Source: an uncultured Nitrospiraceae bacterium
GTDB taxonomy: Bacteria; Nitrospirota; Nitrospiria; Nitrospirales; Nitrospiraceae
Assembly (NCBI GenBank): GCA_963849655.1
Contig: CAWKJK010000055.1
Coordinates: forward strand, 64-64,063
Length of the DNA stretch: 64,000 bases
Direction of reading: 5' to 3'
A program made the translations under genes and the position numbers. The number at the start of each line of letters is the position of its first letter. The stretch's first letter is position 1. Below, piece by piece: positions 1 to 12,900 of the stretch. A model generated the notes under the pieces. It searched no databases. It was given only the letters and a program-made list of their open reading frames with translations, and was not told where the DNA came from.

Positions 1-2424
1 CGGCAAGTCGCTGGCGGAGGCGCCGATCAACACGACGATCGTCGAGCGCTACTACCAGACGCGCGCCATCCGCCGCATCGCCGAGGCCTTCGAGCGCGAC
101 CACGAGCGCAAGGCGCTGCGTGGTGATGGCGACCGGCGCCGGCAAGACGCGCACGGTGATCGCGCTCTGCGATCTGCTGATGCGCTGCAACTGGGCCAAG
201 CGCGTGCTGTTCCTCGCCGACCGCGTCGCGCTGGTGAACCAGGCGGTCAACGCGTTCAAGACGCACCTGCCCGACGCTTCGCCCGGTGAATCTCGTCACC
301 GAGAAGGACGCCGAGGGCCGCGTCTTCGTCTCGACCTATCCGACGATGATGGGCCTGATCGACGAAGCGAAGGACGGCCAGCGGCGCTTCGGCGTCGGGC
401 CACTTCGACCTCGTCGTCATCGACGAGGCGCACCGCTCGGTCTACCAGAAGTACCGCGCGATCTTCGACTACTTCGACTCGCTGCTCGTCGGCCTGACCG
501 CGACGCCGAAGGACGAGGTCGACCGCAACACCTACGGCCTGTTCGATCTCGAGAACGGCGTGCCGACCGACGCCTACTCGCTCGACGAGGCGGTAAGCGA
601 CGGCTTCCTCGTGCCGCCGCAAGGCCGTCTCGGTGCCGCTGAAGTTCCAGCGCGAGGGCATCAGGTACGACGATCTGTCCGAAGAGGAGAAGGACCAGTG
701 GGACGCGCTGGAGTGGGACGAGGACGGCGACGTCCCCGACCGGGTCGAGGCCGAGGCGGTCAACAAGTGGCTGTTCAACAAGGACACCGTCGACAAGGTG
801 CTCGAGCACCTGATGACGCGCGGGCATGAAGGTCGCCGGCGGCGACCGGCTCGGCAAGACGATCATCTTCGCCAAGAACCAGGCAGCACGCCGAGTTCAT
901 CGCCGAGCGCTTCAACGCCAACTACCCGCACTACAAGGGCGAGTTCGCCCGCGTCATCACCTTCAAGACCGAGTACGCGCAGAGCCTGATCGACGACTTC
1001 TCGAACAAGGACAAGGCGCCGCACATCGCCATCTCGGTCGACATGCTCGACACCGGCATCGACGTGCCGGAGGTCGTGAATCTCGTCTTCTTCAAGCTGG
1101 TGCGCTCGAAGACCAAGTTCTGGCAGATGGTCGGCCGCGGCACGCGGCTCTGTCCCGACCTGTTCGGGCCCGGGCAGGACAAGGAGTTCTTCTACATCTT
1201 CGACTACTGCCAGAACCTCGAGTTCTTCAGCCAGGACATCCCGGACGACGGATGGCTCGGTCGGCGAGTCGCTCGGCAAGCGGCTGTTCAAGGCCCGGCT
1301 GGAGCTGATCGGCGAGCTGGACGAGCGCCCCGCAGGAGCTGGAAACTGCGATGAAGGAAGCGCTCGGTGCGATCTATGGTCGAACCGGCGACGAAAGAGG
1401 ACCTGAGACGATCCGCCGCGGAGCTGCTGCACGACGAAGTTGCCGCGATGAACCTCGACAACTTCGTCGTCCGCCCCAATCGGCGACTCGTCGAGAAATA
1501 CGCGAAGCCCGAGGCCTGGATCGGTGCTCGGCCAACGAAGCGCTCGCCGAACTTGGCTCACGAGGTCGCGGGCCTGCCCTCGGAGCTCGACCCGAGAACG
1601 AGGAAGCGAAGCGCTTCGACCTGCTCGATGCTGAATCTACAGCTCGCCGTGCTGCGGGCAGAGCCTGGCTTTGCCGCGCCTGCGCGACCAGGTCAAGGAG
1701 ATCGCCGGGTTGCTGGAAGAGAAGAGCGACCATCCCGATGGTCCGCGAGCAGATGGTTCTGATCCAGGACGTGCAGACCGATGAGTGGTGGCAGGACGTG
1801 ACGGTGCCGATGCTGGAAGTCGTGCGGCGTCGCTTGCGCGGGCTGGTGAAGCTCATCGACAAGCGCAAGCGCAAGCCGATCTACACCGACTTCGAGGATT
1901 TAATGGGGAACGAGATCGGTATCACCTTGCCCGGCTTCGCCGTGGGTACTGATCAAGCTAAGTTTGTCGCCAAAGCGCGAGCATTCCTACGCCGGCACCT
2001 TGACCACGTCGTGATTGCCAAGCTGCGGATGAATAAACCGCTCACCGCTTCGGACCTGGCGGAGCTGGAGCTGTTGTTGAGCAAGAGCGGCACAGGTGGG
2101 CCAGACGACATCCGCCGAGTGATAGACCAAGCCAAAGGACTTGGGCTATTCGTACGGTCTCTGGTTGGGATGGATCGGGCTGCTGCAAAAGAGGCGCTTG
2201 CGGGATTCATCACAGGCAAGACATTCACTGCCAACCAGCTAGAGTTCGTCAATCTGATCGTGGATCATCTCACTGAGCACGGAGTTATGGAACCGGCTCG
2301 ACTCTACGAATCACCCTTCACGGACCTCACGCCACGCGGACCGGAAGGCTTGTTCCAGGCGGCGGAGATGGATGAACTGATCCGAGTTCTTGAGACCGTC
2401 CGGGCAACGGCTTCGGCAGCGTGA
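1..2424 (+). CDS. hsdR: Type I restriction enzyme R subunit (DEAD/DEAH helicase with EcoEI-R-like C-terminal domain); 5'-truncated by the window, several frameshifts
   Basis: Motifs across joined frames: VMATGAGKT (Walker A), [33 protein letters not shown]; C-terminal LYESPFTD segment; stop at 2424. Confidence 0.9.
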
Positions 2425-2517
2425 CCCATCCCCCCTCTTTCGGCTAGTTACAACCCATCGGCGTTTTCGTGCAGATTCCATCCGGCCAGTTTCGAAGCCG
2501 GTTTGACGAGGACTTTC

Positions 2518-2546
2518 TTGACAGCCAACCGACAGCCTCTTAGACT
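2518..2546 (+). promoter_or_regulatory. sigma70-like promoter
   Basis: TTGACA (2518-2523), 17-nt spacer, TAGACT (2541-2546), about 100 nt upstream of the 2645 start. Confidence 0.6.
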
Positions 2547-2644
2547 CACGCACTTTTTATATTAGGAACACAAATGTATCCAGCCATTCCTATGTTGTCG
2601 GCATCTTCTTGATCCTTCATGCACTACAAAAGGAGTGTGAGCCA

Positions 2645-2968
2645 ATGAGCGAACCTAAAGACACAGCCATTGCGTTGAATGTGCGATTGAAACCTTCCGA
2701 GTCTTCTGCTCACCCGCGTGCAGCGAATTACACCAACGTCGGAATCGCACAAGGCATGGCCTATCTCGATTTCGGCTTCATCGAACCAGCTTTGCTGGCA
2801 GCGATTGCGAAAGCAGGGAAGAACGGCCAAGCGGCACCGAAGGGCTTGGACGGCCATCTCGTCACCCGCGTGGCGATCGACGTCGGCTCGCTCGCTCGAT
2901 TGCAGCAGCAGATTCAGCAGGTGCTGGTGGGATTGCGCGCAATTCAGAAACCTAAGCCAAAAACCTGA
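2645..2968 (+). CDS. Small hypothetical protein, DUF3467-like (107 aa)
   Basis: AAGGAG RBS before ATG 2645; pattern NYTNVG...YLDFGF...TRVAID...LQQQI resembles DUF3467 proteins. Confidence 0.7.
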   Translation: MSEPKDTAIALNVRLKPSESSAHPRAANYTNVGIAQGMAYLDFGFIEPALLAAIAKAGKNGQAAPKGLDGHLVTRVAIDVGSLARLQQQIQQVLVGLRAIQKPKPKT

Positions 2969-3014
2969 ACTCCGGGAAAGGCATGTGCGAACACTTCATG
3001 GAGGCATGTTGAAG

Positions 3015-3977
3015 ATGACTTCAAGGCGGATTGGAAGAATCAGCCCTGCGCTAATAGTTCTGTTTCTTACAGGCTGCGCCACGAGCGCATTGTCGAGTGA
3101 AGAAGCACCGGGGCGGAACTTTGATCGAGCTATGAAGAAGCTTACAGAGAACTGCGCAAAGGCCAAGCTCAAGCCAAATGATACAGCCTGCGACATCTTG
3201 AAATTGAAGCCCGCTGATCCCCTGACGACAGAAGAAGGCCGCTTCGCACACAGTATCAAGATTCCGAATCCAGTGCCGGCCGACAGCGCGTACAGGCCGG
3301 GTATGACCTCACAGGAATATTTCGACCATCTCTGTAAGACCGAGGCGGGCGAGTTCATCTACAAGACGGTGGAGAATGTGGAAGGGCTCTATATGATGCG
3401 GCCGAGGAAGGAGGCGACAGATGATGAACTGCAACATCTTTATGTACTTGAAGATCCCTATGGGCACACAACCGATGAGTCCTATCTCGTGCAGGATACA
3501 TACGTCCAACCAGCTACTGGCAGGTATCAGTTCTTGGAGATGCCCTTATCAAAATCACTTAGTGCGGAAGAGCGATATCGACGGTATTACCGAGACGAAA
3601 CCGCACACCCCAGAAGAAAATATCAAACAGCAATAAATGGGCAAGGAGTTTTTGTCCCTTATATTGTCGCGGAATCTACGGTGTCGGATATCAAGAGCCG
3701 CTATGGCTACACTTGGCGAGGAATCAGTCGCCCGCATGATAGAGAGCTGGGAATTGCTGGCGGCGAACTCATAGTGCTTGATGTGAAAACGAGCGAAATC
3801 TTGGCCATCCGGCGCGGGTACATGCGAACCGGCTTCGTTCGTAATAACCTCACTGGGGTTTGGTGGATGACAGGCTCGAGTTGTCCAAATCGAGGAACCA
3901 AGCTTACCTTCAGGTTTATACAAGAAGTTCTGAAGCCTCTTCCGTTCGACGTGAAGGAGAAGAAAGATGCCAACTAA
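3015..3977 (+). CDS. Lipoprotein (~320 aa), candidate immunity/partner of the downstream lipase-RTX protein
   Basis: GGAGG at 3000-3004; basic N-terminus, hydrophobic stretch and lipobox LTG-C; several Cys; stop overlaps the start of the RTX gene. Confidence 0.8.
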   Translation: MTSRRIGRISPALIVLFLTGCATSALSSEEAPGRNFDRAMKKLTENCAKAKLKPNDTACDILKLKPADPLTTEEGRFAHSIKIPNPVPADSAYRPGMTSQEYFDHLCKTEAGEFIYKTVENVEGLYMMRPRKEATDDELQHLYVLEDPYGHTTDESYLVQDTYVQPATGRYQFLEMPLSKSLSAEERYRRYYRDETAHPRRKYQTAINGQGVFVPYIVAESTVSDIKSRYGYTWRGISRPHDRELGIAGGELIVLDVKTSEILAIRRGYMRTGFVRNNLTGVWWMTGSSCPNRGTKLTFRFIQEVLKPLPFDVKEKKDAN

Positions 3978-6900
3978 TATCAAGACCCGGCTTGATTTTG
4001 CCCTTCAGCAAATGGCCGCGGAGTCTTACCTTGATCAATTTGTGGTGCAGGGTGCTTCACTTCAACAGGTCCTTGTAGACGGCAACAATGATCGCCGTGT
4101 AACCCCACTTGACCAGTTTGCAGGCAAGTCCCAATTCACTGATATTCAAGCCCAAGCCTTCACCCAACGCTATCAAGTCGTCGACCACTACGCCAATGAT
4201 GCGACGGGGTTCTCGGCGACTTTGATGCAGGATACGACGACGGGTCACTATACCCTGTCCTTCCGTAGCACTGAGTCCAGGCCGACAGTGGAAGGGGGAG
4301 ATCGAGAGCGCGACCTGTTTGGGGCGGATGCTGAGCTCGGACTTTCCGGGTTTGCCTTTGGGCAACTCGCGGCAATGGAAAACTATTACCAGTCGCTCAA
4401 GGCGAATGGGACGCTTCCAACCGGAGCTGTCCTTAACGTGACAGGTTTTTCGTTGGGCGGGCATTTAGCCACCGTATTCACGGAGCTTCATACAAGCGAA
4501 GTAAGCCACGCCTATATCTTCAATGGTGCGGGGCGGGGCCATGTGCCTGGAGTCGTCCCGGGACTTGCTGCGGAAGAGAATCGAATCCAGAACATGCTGA
4601 CCTATTTCCAATCGGTCTTAGACAATCCGGACCATGCACTCGAATCTTTCCCTCGGGGCTCAACATACGAGCAAGCGAAAGCGCTATACGATGCCCAAGG
4701 CGTGACATGGCGTCCGTTTGATCAGGGGGGCACAAGTCTTTACCACGATGCCCGCTATGAGTGGGCGAAGGCTGCTACACAGGCACTTTTCAACCCCAGT
4801 GGCCTGACGTTTCTTCAGACACCAGGGGAAGTGCAAGATCAGGGGCCCTTTGCCAAAATTACTCAACTCTATGGGCAGGCGACGACCGACGATCTACAGT
4901 TTGTCGCCAATTCGGGTGTGCATGCACCGGCCGTTCCGGTGTTTATCGAAGGCCAGCCACTCATTGCTGGATTGCCACTCCCGAGTCTTATCGAAAGTAG
5001 CAACACCCATTCAATCACCCTCATCATAGATTCGCTTGTGGTTCAGGAGATGATCCAGACAATCGATTCACGATATGGACAGGCAAGTGCTGAACTGATC
5101 ATTAAAGCTTCATCCAACTCAAGAGCAGATACTGTCGCACCACTGGACACCTTGGGCGTGGTAGAGGGAGATTCGCTCGAAAAGACTATTGATGCCTTCC
5201 GAAAACTCTTTCGTGATCCAATATTGCTCCCCGCCGATCCATTGCCCGTTAATTCTCGAGTAGGCGGGTTTGGAGATCTGGCCAACCGTAATGCGATGTA
5301 TGCGGCGATTCAGGAAGTTAAAGACAGGATAGCCGCTCTCCAGAATCAACAACCTGGCCTTGTCTTCACCATCGACGACTTAACCGATCCAAATCTGAAC
5401 GGTCCCACTGTTGCAGGCATCGCGGATACCGATACCGACCAGGGCCTGGCCTATCGCTATGCGCTTAAAGAGCTGAATCCCTTCGCGATAATCGCGAATA
5501 CACTGCAAGCCAACGATGCGTTGTATGTATCACATAACGACGAGGGTCAACTCGATCGATTCAATCTTGCGGCTGGCACAGGCACACTGACCTCTCAATA
5601 TCTCGATGACCGAGCACTGTTTCTAAAAGCAAAAATAGCCTTGAATCAATTTGATCAGGAAAAGTCCACCGACAACATCCATTTCAAAGACTTCGCGCCG
5701 AATGGCCTGGAGATCACGACGACCACGGATCTGCGGGTGGATCAAGAATTTCTCTTTGGCTCAGACGGCGATGAAGGGATCGGCATGCTCGTTGGGAACA
5801 GAAAAGCCGACCATCTCTATGGTGGTGGCGGAAACGATCTGCTCGAAGGAGGCGCTGGCCGCGACTATCTCCAGGGTGATGTGGGTATCGACCGACTTGA
5901 CGGTGGGGAGGGTGCCGACCAGATGGTGGGTGGAGCGGATAGTGACTTCTACATCGTCGATGACCTGGATGATGAGGTTGTTGAAGGACTGAACAACGGG
6001 ACGGATCGTGTCGAAAGCTCGGTGAGCTTTACGCTTGGAGCAAATGTCGAACATCTCACGCTCACAGGGAGTGATGATCTCAATGGCACCGGCAATGAGC
6101 TGAATAACGCCATCACCGGCAATGGCGGTGTCAATCGATTGGACGGGAACGGTGGGACGGATCATCTGATCGGCAATAGTGGGAACGATATCTTAACTGG
6201 AGGAGCCAGTGACGATCTGCTCGAAGGTGGCGAGGGATTCGACACATATTACTACAATACCGGTGACGGCACGGATCAAATTGAGGATTCGGATGCGAGG
6301 GGGCGCATCATCTTCAATGGTCGATTGTTGGTCGGTGGGGTGCACAATGCCGATGATCCAGACAACACCTATAAAAGCCAGGATGGAGATTTCACTTACG
6401 TGATGTCGGGTGGACATCTCATTGTGAACGGTGTGTTGACGGTGAATGCGGATTTTCAGAGCGGGCAGTTCGGGATTGAGTTGTTTGATGGACCGGACAC
6501 ACCGTCGTACGAAAATGGATTGGGGACCCAACGATACTATATTGAAACTCAGTCCGCTCCAGCGGCCCGATTTCATATGCGGTTCCGACGAACCTGATGA
6601 TTTTTGGCTCAGAGAACACCGATACGCTAGGCCGACTTGAAGAGTTTATTCAGAGCAGCTATGGAGGAAACGACCAGATCTACGGTGGCGGTGGCTCGGA
6701 TTTTCTTGTGGCAGGTCTTGGGCATGATCGTGTGTATGGGGAAGAGGGTAACGATCACCTCATTGGTGGATTCTATTTTGCGACCCAATGGCCTGATCCC
6801 TTCATCGAAGGCAGCGATAGTCTTGACGGTGACGACTACCTGGATGGAGGAAATGGGAACGATCAGCTCACAGGTCTCGCAGGAAACGATCGTTTATTTG

Positions 6901-9900
6901 GTGGTGAAGGGAATGACGCGCTTCGTGGTGATGAGGATTCAATCATTCCTTATTGGTTTGCTCCTCCCGTAGGGGACGATTTTCTCGATGGCGGGGCTGG
7001 CGATGATCTACTTCTTGGTGATTATGGTGCGGATGTTCTCCTCGGCGGTGATGGAGACGATATCCTCCAAGGTGATTATGCTCTTCATCAACGGATTTCT
7101 GATAGTGGCAGCAGTGCCATCCCTGTCCTATTTGACCGCACGAAAGCCGAGGACGATTTTCTGGATGGCGGTGCCGGTAACGATAAGCTGTATGGTGATG
7201 GCGGTAACGATACTCTTGTGGGAGGAGTAGGAAACGATCAGCTCTTTGGAGATTATCACGAAATATTTTTTGTCGATGAGGAGGGTAGGTGGACGGATGA
7301 AGCCCTCGCGAATGAGTTTGGCGATGATGTGCTGGAAGGGGGCGATGGCGACGACTTGGTCTACGGCATGGGCGGCAATGATGTGCTGGCCGGAGGCGAG
7401 GGGATTGACCAGCTCTATGGGAGCGATGGTGCCGATGAAATCTATGGCGGAGCCGGAGACGACTTCATCTCAGGCGACTTTCTCGATAACGTTGCACCTG
7501 GCGATGATCTCCTGTACGGCGATGCAGGAGCTGATTTCATCTTAGGGGCGGCCGGCAAGGATCTGCTTGACGGAGGCGAAGGCGATGACGCACTCCAAGG
7601 TGGGCAAGGAGCAGATGTCCTGTTCGGAGGAAGTGGAGCAGATCTGCTCTTCGGGCAAGAGGACGATGATCTGCTTGTGGGCGACGAAGGCAATGATTCC
7701 CTCTCTGGTGGGGTCGGCAACGATACCCTCTTCGGCGATGAGGGCAATGATACGCTGCTGGGTGATGAGGGGAACGATACAATCCTCGGTGGGATGGGAG
7801 ACGATGGTATCCGAGGAGGCATCGGCGACGATGTGTTAGACGGAGGAGCTGGCAACGATTTTTATGTGTTTCATCTTGGTGACGGCCATGATGTGATCTC
7901 GGATGGCACCGGCTCGCAAGCGCTTAATGAGCTGGTCTTCGGGCCGGGGATCAGCCTTGCCAATCTCACGTTCGTTCACAATTCAATCCAGCAAAGTCTG
8001 ACCATCCAAATCAATGGCGGCAGTGATAGCGTCAAGCTTTTGGGTGTGGATCTCAATAACGTCGCCGGCACCACGCCGGTGAAATTGCTCACCTTTGCCG
8101 ACGGCAGTCAGGTTTTGTTAGCGGATCAGCTGCCTTTGGCCAGCGGCTTGATCGAGGGCGATGACGGAAATGAGACGATCCGCACAGGCGCTGGCGACGA
8201 CACACTATTTGCGGATGGAGGCAACGATACAGTCGATGCCGGAGCGGGGAATGATATCCTGATCGGCGGGACCGGCAATGACACGCTGCTCGGTGGCGCA
8301 GGGCTGGATAGCTATGTTTTTGCTTCGGGAGATGGATTCGACACAATTCAAGATGCGGCAGGAGAAGGCAATCGGCTGATCTTTGGTCCCGGGATCTCGC
8401 AAGCGAATCTGAGCCTTGGGTTCAGACAAATCATACTCTCAGGTGGTTCAGAGGAAGATCCCGGTACCGTCATTGGCTATTTAGTTCTACGCACCGGGGC
8501 GACCGGCGATGGGGTTGAAATTGAGGGATTCGATCCATCCAATCAATCGGCACCCGTCGGGATTGACCAGTTCGTGTTTGCGGACGGGACCATGTTAACG
8601 TCTTCCCAGCTACTTGCGGATGGATTGGAACTAGTGGGTACGGCCGGATTCGACACTCTGGATGGTCATGAGATCTACCGCACGATTCGAGGGCTTGCCG
8701 GCGACGACCTGCTGATCGGAGGGACGATCGACAATGTGATCGACGGGGGCGATGGACGAGACGTGTCTCGGCAACGGTGGGCTCGATCAGATCTCCGGCG
8801 GGACTGGAGACGACGTCCTGCGGGGCGGTGACGACAACGACATGCTGAACGGCGAGGGCGGGAATGATTCGCTCGAAGGTGAGGCAGGCGATGATGTACT
8901 GGTTGGCGGCGTCGGAGACGATCAATTGCTCGGCGGGGACGGGAGCGATACCTACCGCTTCAATATAGGAGATGGGCTCGATTCCCTGTTTGATTCCGGT
9001 TCTGGTGCTGATACTGATACGGTCGTGTTCGGTAGCGGCATTACGTCCAATTCCGTCTCTCTCTCCTCGCAGTTTGGACAGATCGTGATTAACGTGGGAG
9101 CCGGTTCAGATGGGATTCAGTCAGGCTCTGCCTTTGATGTGTTTGGCTCACAGACGATCGAGCAGTTTCAATTTGCGGATGGTACGGTGCTCTCCTTTGC
9201 TGATCTGGCGGCACGTGGCTTCGATATCGATGGCACCGAGTTCGACGACTTTTTATCAGGCACCGATCTGGTCGATCGCTTCCGCGGTGGGCGCGGCAAC
9301 GACCGATTTGAAGGTGGAGAAGGCAACGATTCCTATTTCTTCAATGTCGGCGACGGGATCGACACGATTGTGGATACTGCGTCCGCCGATGCGAGCAATG
9401 AGATTGTGTTCGGCCCCGGTATCACCTCAACTGATCTTCGTCTCGATCTTATTTCCGATCAATCCGACCCAAACCTGAGCGATCTGCAGATTCGCGTCGG
9501 GACAAATGGCGATGCAATTCAGCTTGACATGTTTGAGCGTGAGAATGTGTTGGGCCCGCGCACCGTGGAGTTGTTCCGATTCGCTGATGGCAGCACGCTG
9601 ACCTACGATCAACTTCTCGCGCGGGGGTTTGATCTCACCGGCACCACAAGCAATGACCAGTTGGTTGGGACGAATGTGGTCGATCGCCTGGTAGGCCTTG
9701 CGGGTTCGAACGTCCTTCGGAGTGGATTGGGCGATGACCAGCTTGATGGTGGCGCCGATAATGATCGGCTCTTCGGTGGGCGAGGCAACGATACGTACCT
9801 GTTCGGCTCCGGCTCCGGCCAAGATGTGATTGTGGAATCCCAGGGGAGCGTAGATCGGATCCGTATGGCACCCGGAGTGGCTCCCTCAGATGTTGTCGTT

Positions 9901-12900
9901 ACTCGGAACAACAATGACCTTATCCTGAGTCTCAGCGGTGGCGCCGACCGGTTGACCGTATCTCTCTATTTCCTGGCCCCTCCGTTTCAGACCGAGCTGG
10001 TGCAATTTGATGACGGCACGGCTTGGGACCAGGCCTTCATTGAGAATCTCACGCGGCCGATCATGACCGGGACGGAGGGACCGGATTCTCTCATCGGCAC
10101 GAGTGGTCACGATCGTTTGGTCGGCCTGGCTGGCGACGATCAACTAATCGGATTGGCCGGTAACGATCTACTCGATGGAGGGACGGGGGTCGATCAACTC
10201 GTCGGCAACTCGGGTGACGATACGTACGGTGTGGATGACCAGAGGGATGTGGTCACAGAGTCGACCAATGAAGGAATCGATACGGTCCAGAGTAGTGTCA
10301 CACGTACACTGGAAGCCGATGTTGAGAACCTTACACTCACGGGGAGTGCGGCGATTCATGGCACCGGCAATGCACTCGACAATGTGCTGATCGGCAATAG
10401 TGGCGCCAACGTCCTAACTGGTGGATTGGGGAACGATACCTATGTGATCGGCGCGGCCGATACGGCGATTGAGTCAGCCGGAGAAGGTATCGACACGGTG
10501 CAGACCGGCATCAGCGCAACGCTTGGAGCCAATGTGGAGAACCTGACGCTGACCGGCAGTGCTTCATTGATCGGAGTGGGAAATGAACTGGACAACGTGC
10601 TGAAGGCCGATGGGTCGATCAGTGTGCTGGCCGGCGGTGACGGCAACGACACCTATGTCATCGGATCGAACGGCGATGACGATATCCTTGTTGAAACCGC
10701 CACCGGCGGCATCGATACGGTGATCGCCGGCCACGACTATCGCCTGCCGGTGAACATCGAACAATTAACTCTCCTTGATCCACAAGTACCTGACTTCGCG
10801 AGTTTCTCTCTCGTCCCGTACGGTTCCTCCGAACAGTCCGTGACGGGATATGGGAACAATTTGGCGAATACCCTCATCGGCGGCCGAGCGAACAATGTGC
10901 TGGACGGCGGACTCGGTGCCGATACGTTGATTGGTGGCGACGGCAATGACACTTATGTTGTGGACCATGTCGGTGACATGGTCATCGAGGAGGCCAATGA
11001 AGGTATAGACACGGTGCAGAGTACTGCGAGCCACAGTCTCAGCGCGAATGTCGAGAATCTCACGCTAAGTGGAACCTCTTCCATCAATGGAATCGGTAAC
11101 GCGCTGAATAACGATGTGAGAGGCAACGATGCGTCTAATGTGCTCGACGGACGGGCGGGGGATGATTCACTTCTTGGATTCAGTGGGTCCGATACGTATC
11201 TCTTCGGCCGGGGCTCTGGTCGCGATACGGTGTTCGATTCAGAGGCAGCCGGTGAGATTGATACGATTCAGTTCGATTCGACGGTGGTTGCTGAAGATGT
11301 CGAGGTCTACCACAACGGATTCAACCTTGAGCTGGCCATCAGCGGGACGACGGACGAGTTGACGCTCCTGTCGTTCTTTGGTTCGCCCGAATACGATCAG
11401 AAGCAGGTGCGATTTGCCGATGGCACGGTGTGGAATAGTGGCGAGTTGAGCATGAGGGCATTGACCGGCAACCTGGTCACAGGATCGTTCGAAAGTGAAA
11501 CCATTCTGGGAAGTGAAGGCCATGATGTCTTGATCGGATCGGCCGGGAACGATGTGTTAATGGGAGGTGAAGGCAAGGACACTCTGTATGGAGACCTCAC
11601 GTTTCAACCGCTGTCCGGACCGCAGGTCATAGGTGACGACCGGCTGATGGGAGAGGGCGGTAACGATAGCCTCTTCGACTTCAGGGGGAATAATCTTTTC
11701 GATGGAGGGGCGGGGGACGATACGCTGATCCTCGGGACAGGTGTCGATCGGGTTCTCTTCGGTCGAGGATCGGGCGTCGATCACGTGACGCTCGATAATA
11801 ATAGGAATGACATCGATCTCATCGAGATGGCTGCCGAGATCACTCCCGCTGAGGTTGTGATGATGTGGCGCTCTCCCTCCGTTGCCGACATTCTTATTTC
11901 TGACAGTGGGGATAGACTGACCGTGCAGCTTTCAACGGATTGGTTTTCGGTGGGGCCGGAAACCACGCAAGCCATCGTGCGATTCGCCGACGGCACCCAG
12001 TGGAGCTTGGCTTGGTCATCGTCGAACGTCGGTATTCCCACGGCTACTTCATCTGATGATGTCCTCGCAGCTTCTTTTCCCGCCACCCTTGCCGGGTTAG
12101 GTGGAGACGATACTTATCAGTTGGGAAGCTCTGGCATCCCTGGGAATTATGAGGTTATCGAGGCGCCGGGCGAAGGGATCGACACCGTCCAAAGTATGCA
12201 CGACTACACCTTGCCCGCCAATGTCGAGAATCTTGTCCTCGTCGACTTCACCGCTGACAACGGGGTCGGAAATGAACTTGATAATCTCATCGTGGGTAAT
12301 ACACGTGACAATGTCCTTGACGGCGGTGCTGGGAACGATGTGTTGGTTGGAGGGATCTTTCGTGAGCTGGAAGGGCCACCCTACATCGAAGGAACCGGCA
12401 GCGATATTCTGATCGGTGGAGAGGGGGATGACATTCTGATGGAGGATGCTGGAAACCTCTCGTTTGTTGGTGAGAGCCCGTTTCTAGGCAATGGGTTGAA
12501 TAGGTGGGAAACCGTTCCGCGTGACGCCGACGATCTTTTAATCGGAGGGATCGGCAACGATACCTACATCGTCCACAGCCAGGAGCAAACGGCGGCGGAG
12601 CTGGAGAATGAAGGAACCGACACGGTGAAGAGCACGGTTTCCTATATATTGGGGGAGCATCTCGAAAATTTGGAACTTATCTCACCGCCGGCGATCTTCG
12701 ACGATGAGGACAACCTCATTCCTCCACCATCGCTCAATGGAACAGGCAATGAACTGGATAACGTCTTGATCGGTTCGGAGGATGCCAATGTCCTGTCCGG
12801 CTTCGCAGGTCACGATACTCTTGTCGGCCGACTCGGTGACGACCACCTCCGAGGTGGTGCCGGTCACGATACCTATCTCTTCAATCTCGGTGACGGCATC

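Noticed and set aside
6540-8831. Programmed frameshifting or three separate RTX genes
   Set aside because: No slippery heptamer or convincing RBS at the junctions, and RTX repeats run across the breaks, consistent with indel errors.
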